From: a virus
Lineage: Duplodnaviria > Caudoviricetes
DNA: 64,000 nucleotides
Strand: one strand, 5' to 3'
IMG/VR virus record: IMGVR_UViG_3300025168_013778
Coordinates: 360-64,359 of that record
Position numbers and translations under genes: made by a program. Shown here in pieces: positions 37,392 through 46,833 of this stretch (position 1 is its first letter; each line of letters begins with the position of its first letter). Under the pieces are notes generated by a model. That model ran no database searches, was not told the origin of the DNA, and was given only the letters and a program-made list of their open reading frames with translations.

Positions 37392-39974
37392 ATGGGACCA
37401 CAGAATTTAAATAATTATTATTTCAACAGATTAGACGCAAAATTGAATTTTAGCGCATACTACGACTTCTATTTAGCAGCAGACGAAAGAGAGTATAATA
37501 GGGAAGTTGTTTACTCTAATTCAATTATTGGGGTTCCCAATACTTTTCCTTCGGGTGGAAGTTTTTCATCTAATAAATTAGGTGTGTGGATGGATTTAAA
37601 TAGTACAGGTACAACATACCAACCTACTATATTCTGTAATGATTATATACCCACTAATACCTTACTTAGTTTATCTTATTGGGATGAGGCAAGACCAAAT
37701 CAACACGATGTAGATTGTAGGTGCATTAAATGTGAAACTAAAGGGTTTGCTCCTGAAGGGTCCTTTGTTGAATCTATATGCGACATTGGTTTAACCGGTA
37801 TAGATAATGGTTTAACTTATTATATGAGTGGTAATACAACAATACCTGATTTATGTTTAACCGGGTTTACAACTCTAACAGCTATGTCTGTCACTGTAAC
37901 AGCTAGTACTTTTAGTTATAGTAGATGTCTACTAAGGCCAATATCTTGGTCCCCAAACACTCCAGGTGTCATATCCGGTGAACCTAATGGTACTTTTAGG
38001 TATCCATGTAACTCTAGTGGTGCAGTAACAGGGAGTACTTCGGCAACTACAGATAACTTTGGAATAATAAATTCCACTTTAAATTCTGGATATACTAGTT
38101 GTTGTTTCTTTACAGCTGGAACAGCTTATAGTGTCACAGTAAAAGATGCAAAACTAACCCCCCAATTCGGTTTTGGGGTTTTCACGGCAAACACACTAGT
38201 AAATTTAGGTTATACTTCCGCACCTTGTAAGTTGGATACGTTAAAATTATGGAAAAGTATGCCAGACAAGTATAAGTACGACCCTTTACATTATGACAGA
38301 AGATTTAAAATGCACGCTGTCACTGGATATACAAATAATAGTTACAATTATAACATTGTAAGTGTAAGTGGTTCATCAGGGTATTATAATGAATTATACG
38401 GTGGATTCTACCAAGGTTTTTGGAAGTTAGACGGTCACCCATATGAGGTTTTACCACAAAGACCCGATTGTGGTTGGACAACTGAATGTTTACTTAAAAT
38501 AAGGACCGGTTCTACAATTTGTACCTCTTCTAATAACACTTTAAATGAAAAATATCCAAACAACAAAGGATTTTTCTGGTATATTGGTACTAGGGCTGAA
38601 AATAAATTCTATAATGTATACTCTGGTGAGTGTGGTTTAACTACCTGTGCTCAAGTAGACTTTAGTTGTACAGGTACTTCCGTATACCTTACAGCATCAG
38701 CAAGTACAGTAGTTGATGATGTTTGTGGAAATAATAGTAAAAGTTATATTACAGCTACCACCTACAATTCAGGGGTTGATGTTTGGAGTAATTCTTTAGG
38801 TTTAAGACTAACGGACGACTATAGGATTGGTTATCGAGCCATATACTACACTGGGACTTGTATAAGTAGTGGAACTTGTGTGACAGGATTAACGTATAGT
38901 AGTGGGTTTACTGTGGTAGAAAAATATTCTGATAATATAATATGTCAATTAACAGGAACCACTCAGTCTGAACCTTGGGTTTTAATAACTGCTAGGTTTA
39001 GAAGAAATTATTGTTATGATAATAAGTGTGATTTATTAAATGAAGGTGGGGTAAATGACTTATTAGAACCAATAACACCCAATACAATTAACTATATTGA
39101 TACGTCAACACCCAATTACGGTGAACTTTTTCCAACACCAATTAAAAAAGAAATTCACTTTTCTAAAAAATGGACAGATGCTAGGTGGTTAAGGACCGGG
39201 GTTTTAACTATATTCGTAAATGGTAGACCAGTTTTTGTTGATGAGGACTTTGAAGAAATAATACCTAGAAGATTAAATACTGACCCACAGAAACAAGTTG
39301 GTGTTCCTTATAATATGAGTTGGGGTGGTGGGTCTCAGGGACTTATAGACACATTAACTTTTATGTCTGGTTGTACTCAGGCATCCGCTGGACCACGTTC
39401 AAGAACCTGTAGACCATATACACAGGACCCTACAGATTTAAATTTACTAATACAAGAATATTTTGCTGGTACTTGGGATGGTGGTATATCACAAATGAGA
39501 TACTACCTAGAACCATTAGGGGCAGACGAAATTATTCATAATTATTTAGTTAATAAAGATAGGTACTCTTTAATTGATTGTAGTTGTTTAAGTACTACTT
39601 GTGTCCCAGGAAGAGCAATCTATTTAAGGGATGGTGATTCTTTAGACATTATAATAGAGTATAATAATACGGATGTAACATACACAGATGATGACCCACC
39701 TGTATGTATAAATCACATGAACAACGTTGCTGTAGATAGGTTAAACCTATATGTCGACCCAAAGTATAACGGGGTAAGAATAAAGAGTGCGGTAATGGAT
39801 AATGTACAAAGTTATGCTATTTATAGACATAGTAAATCTACTGGATATGCTGCGGAATTAGTTACATTCCCATTCAACCTATTAGCGACTGATGTTGTAA
39901 ATGTGTACATAACCCAAAGAATTGTATGTACAAATGTAGCAAAAGTTACTCTGTTAGGAAATTTGTATAAATAA
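37392..39974 (+). CDS. large Cys/Ser/Thr-rich virion structural protein (LamG/ConA-like C-terminal region)
   Basis: 'LTIFVNG...F.GTWDGGISQMRYY..PL...EI..NY' LamG-like ending; very dense [ST][GA]x[TS] motifs. Confidence 0.6.
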   Translation: MGPQNLNNYYFNRLDAKLNFSAYYDFYLAADEREYNREVVYSNSIIGVPNTFPSGGSFSSNKLGVWMDLNSTGTTYQPTIFCNDYIPTNTLLSLSYWDEARPNQHDVDCRCIKCETKGFAPEGSFVESICDIGLTGIDNGLTYYMSGNTTIPDLCLTGFTTLTAMSVTVTASTFSYSRCLLRPISWSPNTPGVISGEPNGTFRYPCNSSGAVTGSTSATTDNFGIINSTLNSGYTSCCFFTAGTAYSVTVKDAKLTPQFGFGVFTANTLVNLGYTSAPCKLDTLKLWKSMPDKYKYDPLHYDRRFKMHAVTGYTNNSYNYNIVSVSGSSGYYNELYGGFYQGFWKLDGHPYEVLPQRPDCGWTTECLLKIRTGSTICTSSNNTLNEKYPNNKGFFWYIGTRAENKFYNVYSGECGLTTCAQVDFSCTGTSVYLTASASTVVDDVCGNNSKSYITATTYNSGVDVWSNSLGLRLTDDYRIGYRAIYYTGTCISSGTCVTGLTYSSGFTVVEKYSDNIICQLTGTTQSEPWVLITARFRRNYCYDNKCDLLNEGGVNDLLEPITPNTINYIDTSTPNYGELFPTPIKKEIHFSKKWTDARWLRTGVLTIFVNGRPVFVDEDFEEIIPRRLNTDPQKQVGVPYNMSWGGGSQGLIDTLTFMSGCTQASAGPRSRTCRPYTQDPTDLNLLIQEYFAGTWDGGISQMRYYLEPLGADEIIHNYLVNKDRYSLIDCSCLSTTCVPGRAIYLRDGDSLDIIIEYNNTDVTYTDDDPPVCINHMNNVAVDRLNLYVDPKYNGVRIKSAVMDNVQSYAIYRHSKSTGYAAELVTFPFNLLATDVVNVYITQRIVCTNVAKVTLLGNLYK

Positions 39975-40001
39975 AAAGATATTTAATAATAAAGAGAAGA
40001 T

Positions 40002-40322
40002 ATGTCTTGTAAGTGTAAAAATATAGTCGAAAATTTTCAAGGAGGTGATATACCGTTAACTACCACCTTCCTAGACGTAGCACAATTTAGTGCGGATAGT
40101 AGATTTAATGACATCATGTATTTGAATCATTCACCACATAGATTTAATGGTGTGACTCAAATAAATGACGCACTTACTTTAATGACTTTGGGGTCTCACC
40201 CTAGTCCTCTAATTTTTGGAGATAAATTTAGGATTTTAGTTAATTCACAAGTTAATCATGCAGATACTTATGTAATACAGGGTACCATGGAATTAAATGG
40301 AGAATTAATGTTAAACCCTTAA
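40002..40322 (+). CDS. small putative virion protein
   Basis: C-terminal beta-strand repeat 'YVIQGTMELNGELML'; lies between fibre-like genes. Confidence 0.5.
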   Translation: MSCKCKNIVENFQGGDIPLTTTFLDVAQFSADSRFNDIMYLNHSPHRFNGVTQINDALTLMTLGSHPSPLIFGDKFRILVNSQVNHADTYVIQGTMELNGELMLNP

Positions 40323-40366
40323 CAATATAAAGTAGTTGAATAAAAAAAGAAAAAAATAAATAAAAG

Positions 40367-41602
40367 ATGCCAGCAAAAATTAGATTTTATAAAGAAGCTA
40401 AAACAGCCATATCCACACCAGCAAGTCCTTATGTGACATTTTTTGCTGGGGCAGATGCCTTAATTCCAGACGGGTCTGGAAATTTAAACCATTTAACCGC
40501 TATAGACTCAGCGGGGAATCAATTAGTAATACCTTACTTAGATGAGGCTTTAACCAACACTAGAGGATTAGCTTTTAAAGCTGATGTAGATATGAATGCG
40601 TTACTAACCCTTACATCTATGACTGCATCAGTGATAGGTAGAGTGTATCTAGCATCTACTGGTACAACACAGACATCTCAATATAACACAACAACTACAC
40701 AAGCAACAGATGCTCTATCATTCGCAGCTTACAATAACCTTTTAGAGGACAATATTGTGATTAGTACTACTGGGATTACCTACATAACAGGTAGTTTACC
40801 TACATCTACCTACGCAAACAACTACTTTAGTTTATCTAACGGTTCTGGTGATACGGCAAGTCTTGGTTCGTTACCAGATAGTAACGAATACCAATTTAGA
40901 GTGTATGACCCTAGTAATTCACACCAAATAATAATCACACCTACTGGTATGACTATTGAGGTTTCCGGTACATCAGTTTTCCAATTCTCATCTACTGAAG
41001 GTTTGGTTGGTACCTCTTCAAGTGGGTCTTTTGGTAGTGTTATTTCTAGTGGGATTACTTTACAAAGTGTATCATCACCATCTGGTACTACAGGTGGATT
41101 TACCGGACCATCTAGTGAAATTTTAACTCAAACGGTACAGGTAACCTCAGCACAAACAGCTGTCTTAGATTCTTACCATAATAGAATAACTTTAATTGAA
41201 GCACCAGGAGGTAATGAATTATTAGATGTTATAACAGTAACTGGTAAGTTTAATTATTTAGGTAATTTAACCGGTGACCAACCATATTCAGCTAACACTA
41301 ATGTGTATATTGTGTCTTCTGGTACAACCGCGACTACGTATATGCATGAAGGAGCTATGTTCTATTCACCAACATTCTTAAGTGGTCAAACAGGAAATGG
41401 TACAGTTTATAGTAAATTTACACAACCACCTTTAACATCATTTCAGTCTATTAGTACAGACAAGGCCACTAATTTAAGTAATATGGGGTTAGGTCAACCA
41501 ATTATGATTGCCACTCAAGGAACACCAGATGGACAAGGTTCTCCAGTCGCAAACTACGATAATTTCGCCATAAACGTGGTTTATAGAAAAACCCAATTCT
41601 AA
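40367..41602 (+). CDS. Ser/Thr/Gly-rich fibre or decoration protein
   Basis: 411 aa, very T/S/G-rich, few charged residues. Confidence 0.55.
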   Translation: MPAKIRFYKEAKTAISTPASPYVTFFAGADALIPDGSGNLNHLTAIDSAGNQLVIPYLDEALTNTRGLAFKADVDMNALLTLTSMTASVIGRVYLASTGTTQTSQYNTTTTQATDALSFAAYNNLLEDNIVISTTGITYITGSLPTSTYANNYFSLSNGSGDTASLGSLPDSNEYQFRVYDPSNSHQIIITPTGMTIEVSGTSVFQFSSTEGLVGTSSSGSFGSVISSGITLQSVSSPSGTTGGFTGPSSEILTQTVQVTSAQTAVLDSYHNRITLIEAPGGNELLDVITVTGKFNYLGNLTGDQPYSANTNVYIVSSGTTATTYMHEGAMFYSPTFLSGQTGNGTVYSKFTQPPLTSFQSISTDKATNLSNMGLGQPIMIATQGTPDGQGSPVANYDNFAINVVYRKTQF

Positions 41603-41609
41603 ATAAGAC

Positions 41610-41999
41610 ATGGAATTTTTTATTAGAAAAGATGCTACCGAACCAATACTTAAAATGCAACTCATTCAAGATGGGAGAAATGATTATATGCATTTTCATG
41701 ATAAGTTAGCTAACTCTTCTATTGGGTTTTCTATGAGAAGAGTAGATAATGGGGAGTTTGTTATACTTAATAAATCTGCAGGTATAGTATCTAAAACCAC
41801 TATAGAACCTAACGCACCCGACGAATATTACATATATTATCGTTGGCAATCTTCTGACACATCCGAGGTTGGAAGGTACCAAGCACAATTTGACATAACT
41901 TTCATTGATGATGGGTCCGAACTAATTGTACCTATTAGAGATGACTTATATATTAACATAAATGATAGTTTTGTTAGAAGTCAATGTAAATCATTTTAA
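41610..41999 (+). CDS. Ig-like virion protein (BppU N-terminal-like)
   Basis: 'FFIRKDATEPIL..QL', 'YRWQSSDT..VGRYQAQFDITF.DG..LIVP'. Confidence 0.6.
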   Translation: MEFFIRKDATEPILKMQLIQDGRNDYMHFHDKLANSSIGFSMRRVDNGEFVILNKSAGIVSKTTIEPNAPDEYYIYYRWQSSDTSEVGRYQAQFDITFIDDGSELIVPIRDDLYININDSFVRSQCKSF

Positions 42000-42097
42000 T
42001 ATTTGATTTAAGCTAATTTTATTCCTATATTTAATTTAGTGTTAAGTAGAACTCGTGAAATCACGAAGCCAATATTACAAACGTTAAAATTAAACAT

Positions 42098-44821
42098 ATG
42101 AAAATCAATCAAGAAATTATCCAAAGTTTCCTAGAGGGAACTGACCCCGAAAAATACATTGTAGCAGTAGAATACGACTACAGAAGTAACTCCATTTATA
42201 AAATAAAAGAAGACCCAATAAACGGTAAATCAATCCAAAAAGATAAGTTTATTCCTTTTGCTTGGGTTGGCAATCTAAAACAAACTAATTTTTATTCCAA
42301 TAGTAGGATAAGACAACAGGAAGCTATGAGTAAACATGGTATCCTAATAGAAAAATTAAAAACTGAAGATAATGAAAGGTTAGAAGAGGGCCAAACTTAT
42401 CTAGTAAAAACAACTAAAACTTATAGAAATTTAGTTAGCTTTTTTAGGGAAGGTGGGTTAAATCCCTGGGCCATGGAGACTAGACATTTAATAACCATTT
42501 TAAGTCCAGTAGAACAGTACTTAACACAAACACAAAAAAGATTATTTAAAGGATTTACTGAGTATGAAGAAGTTCATAGGTTAATGTTTGATATTGAAAC
42601 AACCTCATTACGACCACAAGACGGTATGATTTTTTTACTTGGTATGTTGGATAATAGGGGCAATAGTAAAATATTTTACGCTGATGATGACGAATCTGAA
42701 AGACAGTTAATAATAGACTTTTTTGATGAAATACACAGAATAAAACCAACTATAATAGGTGGATATAACTCATCTTCGTTTGATTGGGATTGGTTGGAGA
42801 GGAGAGCTGAAATACTTGGTTTGAATATACGAGACATAGTTAAAACCCTAAATCCACACAGTCCATTTAAAAGAAGAGACTCAATACTAAAATTAGGTGC
42901 GGAGGTAGAAGACTATAAAAGTACCCAAATGTGGGGATACAACGTTATTGATGTCGCTCACTCTGTTAGAAGAGCACAAACAATTAATTCCGATATTAAA
43001 TCTTGGGGTCTTAAATATATTACTGAATTTATTGGAGCAAATAAAGATACTAGGGTTTATGTTGATGGAGATAAGATTTCTTCTACTTATGCTGAAAATA
43101 AAGATTTCTTTTTTAACCCTAGAACTGGAAAATATAAATCGGTAGAAACTCCAGGATTAGAGGACTTAATAAAAAAACACCCCAACACATACGAAGTGTT
43201 AAATGGGCAAGAAGTAGTTAAAAAATACCTAGAAGACGATATAGATGAAACTTTAAGGGTTGACGAACAATTTAACCAAGCTTCGTTCTTACTTTCCACT
43301 ATGGTACCAACAACCTATGAAAGAGTTTCTACTATGGGTACCGCTACATTATGGAAAATGTTAATGTTAGCTTGGTCTTATCACCAGGGTTTAGCAATAC
43401 CAAAGAAAGAAGAAAAACGTCCTTTTGTTGGTGGTTTATCTAGATTAATTAAAACAGGTTATTCTGAGGACGTACTTAAACTAGATTTTAGTTCACTTTA
43501 CCCATCTATACAATTGGTACACAATGTTTTTCCTGAGTGTGACGTATCTGGAGCAATGGAAAGTATGTTAAAATACTTTAGAGATACCAGAATAAAATAT
43601 AAAAAGTTAGCTTCAGAATTTTATGGTGTAGATGATAAGAAATCTGAGTCTTATGGTAGAAAACAATTACCTATTAAAATTTTTATTAACTCTATGTTTG
43701 GGTCCCTATCTGCACCACAAGTATTTCCTTGGGGAGATATGGATATGGGTGAAAAGGTTACTTGTACAGGAAGACAATATCTAAGACATATGATTTCTTG
43801 GTTTATTGAGCGTGATTATTCACCTTTAGTTTTAGATACAGATGGGGTAAATTTCTCATGTCCTAAAGGTTTAGAAAAACACTCTTATATTGGTTTAGGT
43901 AATAATGAGTTAGTAGTTAAAGACAAGGAGTATATTGGTTCTGAGGCACATGTTGCGGAATACAATGATTTATATATGGTAAATGAAATGGGGTTAGATA
44001 CCGATGGACAATGGCCTTCATGTATTAATGTTTCTCGTAAAAACTACGCTCTTTTAACTGACAAAGGTAAGATAAAGTTAACTGGTAATACTATTAAATC
44101 AAAAACTTTACAACAGTATCTAGTGGAGTTTATGGATACTGGATTAGGTTTATTATTAAATGGGAAGGGTAAAGATTTTGTTGAGCACTACTATGAGTAC
44201 CACACTAAAATATTTAACAAAAAAATACCCTTGGCTAAGATTGCTAATAAGTCTAGAGTCAAATTAACATTAGATGAGTACCACAAAAGGTCAAAAAAAG
44301 TAAATAAAGCTGGAAACCCTATGTCTAGAATGGCACACATGGAATTAGCTATTAGAGATAATATAAGTGTTAATTTAGGTGATACAATATTTTACGTCAA
44401 TAATGGTACAGCTTTATCACATGGTGATGTACAATCTAAGAAAAAGAAAGACGGAACCAAAGAAACCATTTTAAGGTGTTATATGGTAAAAGAAAATGAC
44501 ATGAAAAATAATCCAGATATGTTAGGTGATTATAATGTAGCCAGGTATATTAATATTTTTAATAAGAGAGTAGAACCTTTACTAGTTGTTTTTGGTCATG
44601 AAGTAAGAGATTCTTTATTAATAAAACACCCACAAGACAGACAGTATTTTACAACTAAACAATGTGTACTAATAAATGGTTTATCTAGAAAAGAAGGTGA
44701 CCAGGATACACTTGAAGAGGTTTTAACCGCATCTCCAGAAGAAATGGTTTTCTGGAATAAAATGGGAGAAGACAAAGATGCTTTTTTAGAGGAATTAGGA
44801 ATTTTTAATACCGTCGGATGA
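42098..44821 (+). CDS. DNA polymerase family B
   Basis: Exonuclease motifs 'FDIETT' and 'GYNSSSFDW'; polymerase motifs 'LDFSSLYPS', 'KIFINSMFG', 'LDTDG', 'RKNYA'. Confidence 0.93.
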   Translation: MKINQEIIQSFLEGTDPEKYIVAVEYDYRSNSIYKIKEDPINGKSIQKDKFIPFAWVGNLKQTNFYSNSRIRQQEAMSKHGILIEKLKTEDNERLEEGQTYLVKTTKTYRNLVSFFREGGLNPWAMETRHLITILSPVEQYLTQTQKRLFKGFTEYEEVHRLMFDIETTSLRPQDGMIFLLGMLDNRGNSKIFYADDDESERQLIIDFFDEIHRIKPTIIGGYNSSSFDWDWLERRAEILGLNIRDIVKTLNPHSPFKRRDSILKLGAEVEDYKSTQMWGYNVIDVAHSVRRAQTINSDIKSWGLKYITEFIGANKDTRVYVDGDKISSTYAENKDFFFNPRTGKYKSVETPGLEDLIKKHPNTYEVLNGQEVVKKYLEDDIDETLRVDEQFNQASFLLSTMVPTTYERVSTMGTATLWKMLMLAWSYHQGLAIPKKEEKRPFVGGLSRLIKTGYSEDVLKLDFSSLYPSIQLVHNVFPECDVSGAMESMLKYFRDTRIKYKKLASEFYGVDDKKSESYGRKQLPIKIFINSMFGSLSAPQVFPWGDMDMGEKVTCTGRQYLRHMISWFIERDYSPLVLDTDGVNFSCPKGLEKHSYIGLGNNELVVKDKEYIGSEAHVAEYNDLYMVNEMGLDTDGQWPSCINVSRKNYALLTDKGKIKLTGNTIKSKTLQQYLVEFMDTGLGLLLNGKGKDFVEHYYEYHTKIFNKKIPLAKIANKSRVKLTLDEYHKRSKKVNKAGNPMSRMAHMELAIRDNISVNLGDTIFYVNNGTALSHGDVQSKKKKDGTKETILRCYMVKENDMKNNPDMLGDYNVARYINIFNKRVEPLLVVFGHEVRDSLLIKHPQDRQYFTTKQCVLINGLSRKEGDQDTLEEVLTASPEEMVFWNKMGEDKDAFLEELGIFNTVG

Positions 44822-45670
44822 CAGTATATACCAAGACCCGTCTGTAAAAATAAGTTCTATACAACTTTCAGTCCCAAGCTCTAATGAACCCCAAGTGTCA
44901 TCTATTAAGCCAACTGATGTTTTAACCACACACTCAACCATGGATTTAATGTAAACTTTATAACCTTCTTCACCTTCTAAAGTTATTTCACTCTTTTCAC
45001 CCTTAACTATTAGGTATTCTTCTTTGTTGGTTGTGTAGTTTTCGGTAATGGTCTTAATTAGTTTTTTATCTGACGATTCTGAGCCTACCCAACCATCTAA
45101 TAATCCATTTTTTAACACCCCCATTAAACCAACAGCTAAAAGTTTATATTTTACACCATCAGGTCTACCATCTATATCGTAATGAACAAACTCTTTTAGT
45201 CCTAGAGAATCCACTTCTTCAGCGATTAAACCTATACTTTCTTCCCCATTATGGTTCCATTTAAATTTTTTAGGTTCTAATTGAAGTAGTTTGGCGTAGG
45301 AAGAAAAAGGTAGTGTGGTAACATCATGTTTATACCTTAGAGAAGATGAGTGTTTGGTTACTTCACCTGTAGTGGGGTTAATTTGTAAATCTAAATTATC
45401 TGCTGTGGGTATTTGGTTTGGGTTTATTTGTACTGAAGAAGCCCAAGTATTTAGGTTAGGTTGTTGATTTAAGGCTAACACAACAGTAGAACCTGTGGTT
45501 GCACTCACCGTAAAGTTGTACGTGTCCGCACTATACCAATTTGCTCTTAAGTTATCACCTACGTTTGTAGAACCAGACATAGTAGCTGTAGTACACCTAT
45601 TTTGGTATATTTGTCTAGAAAAGTCAGCTCTTGTTCTTAGACCGCTTTGACCTAAATAATCATATCCCAT
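44795..45670 (-). CDS. fibre-like protein with internal peptidase S74 (intramolecular chaperone) domain
   Basis: 'SSLRYKHDV', 'L.P..F.W', 'GLIAEEV', 'GVKY..L'. Confidence 0.75.
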   Translation of the reverse strand: MGYDYLGQSGLRTRADFSRQIYQNRCTTATMSGSTNVGDNLRANWYSADTYNFTVSATTGSTVVLALNQQPNLNTWASSVQINPNQIPTADNLDLQINPTTGEVTKHSSSLRYKHDVTTLPFSSYAKLLQLEPKKFKWNHNGEESIGLIAEEVDSLGLKEFVHYDIDGRPDGVKYKLLAVGLMGVLKNGLLDGWVGSESSDKKLIKTITENYTTNKEEYLIVKGEKSEITLEGEEGYKVYIKSMVECVVKTSVGLIDDTWGSLELGTESCIELIFTDGSWYILSSDGIKNS

Positions 45671-45671
45671 A

Positions 45672-46784
45672 TTAAATTACGTTATAAGGGTCCTGAAAAG
45701 GACGATACTGTAATGATTTGTTAAGATTTTCAGCTTCACTCGCTTTTCTCTCCATCATCTTATCTTGGCGTAACCTCTCCAATCTCCCAACTAATTCCTC
45801 TATTAATTTAGATTTTTCATCTATAGCTTCTGAAGATAAACTAGAATAGTCCATAGTCAATTCACTATCTGGTACTTTTAATGCTCCACTAAATTTACCT
45901 CTTACCCTACCCAAAGTTTCTTTTGCTAATGCGGTAAAATATCTTCTAGCCCACGCTTTCGCGGCTGAATTTAATTCGTACCATTCTATATCTTGTAAAG
46001 GAACATCAGAAGGTAATCTAATAATGTCCGGGTTTTGTCTATAACAATCGTCAACATCACCATCTGTATCGTAATACCAATACCAAACCCTATCATTTTT
46101 CATTAATTTATTACTAAAATCAAAATTACCACCAGGTACGTTATATAGGTGAAGAAACTTTGACCCTTCAGGTCCAGCAGTAATTCTATAGGTTAATTCA
46201 CCACCGATTAATCTATTTTTAAGATTTCTATCACCCATTCTAAGTAGTATATCATAAGCAGGCATCATATAGTAAGACCCAACAATACCCATTTGAGACA
46301 TTCCCATTCCTCCTCCTATTCCACCCATACCACCCATTCCACCCATAAATGGGTCTAGAAATGATTGGTCTAGTTCAGGTCTAGTGTACCATAAAACTTC
46401 GTTTATTTCTCTACCAGCTGGTATTTGGTATATCTGTTGGTCTTTTACTAGAGTAATGTAATCTTTTTTTAATTGCCAAGGACCTCCAGCTTGTAAACCA
46501 ACAATTTTAGAATACGCGTAAGTAAAGGAAGTCTCCCAATCTAAACTCCTAGTTGTAAACGCTCTAGCTAAATCAGCCTCATCTACATTTATCCCATATA
46601 AAGAAGACCATTGGTTCTCAATTAACCAATCTTGGACATACATCGCATAATCTTGAATTGCGAGTTCTAAGAGAGAATCTAACATCTCATCTTCTAACTC
46701 CACACCAATAATAGGTGCCCCTAATTGATGTCTCAATTGGGTAAAGAGTTTATTTCTTTCTGTTGGGTCTATTCCTGATGACAT
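45672..46784 (-). CDS. neck / head-tail adaptor protein (T4 gp13-like)
   Basis: 'LGAPIIGVELEDEML', 'WARRYFTALAKETLGRVRGKFSG..VP..ELTMD...L.SEA..EK..L.EEL'. Confidence 0.8.
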   Translation of the reverse strand: MSSGIDPTERNKLFTQLRHQLGAPIIGVELEDEMLDSLLELAIQDYAMYVQDWLIENQWSSLYGINVDEADLARAFTTRSLDWETSFTYAYSKIVGLQAGGPWQLKKDYITLVKDQQIYQIPAGREINEVLWYTRPELDQSFLDPFMGGMGGMGGIGGGMGMSQMGIVGSYYMMPAYDILLRMGDRNLKNRLIGGELTYRITAGPEGSKFLHLYNVPGGNFDFSNKLMKNDRVWYWYYDTDGDVDDCYRQNPDIIRLPSDVPLQDIEWYELNSAAKAWARRYFTALAKETLGRVRGKFSGALKVPDSELTMDYSSLSSEAIDEKSKLIEELVGRLERLRQDKMMERKASEAENLNKSLQYRPFQDPYNVI

Positions 46785-46833
46785 ACGCTTTTATTTATAA
46801 ATATATTTTAATAACTATATACCCATAAATATT

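Noticed and set aside
37392-41602. Diversity-generating retroelement targeting fibre genes
   Set aside because: No reverse transcriptase or template/variable repeat pair is visible in the window.
42098-44821. Intein or intron in the DNA polymerase
   Set aside because: Motifs are normally spaced; no intein terminal signature or homing endonuclease motif was seen.
46290-46350. Gly/Met repeat MGGMGGIGGGMGMSQMG in the neck protein
   Set aside because: A short flexible low-complexity loop with no sign of a DNA-level repeat system.
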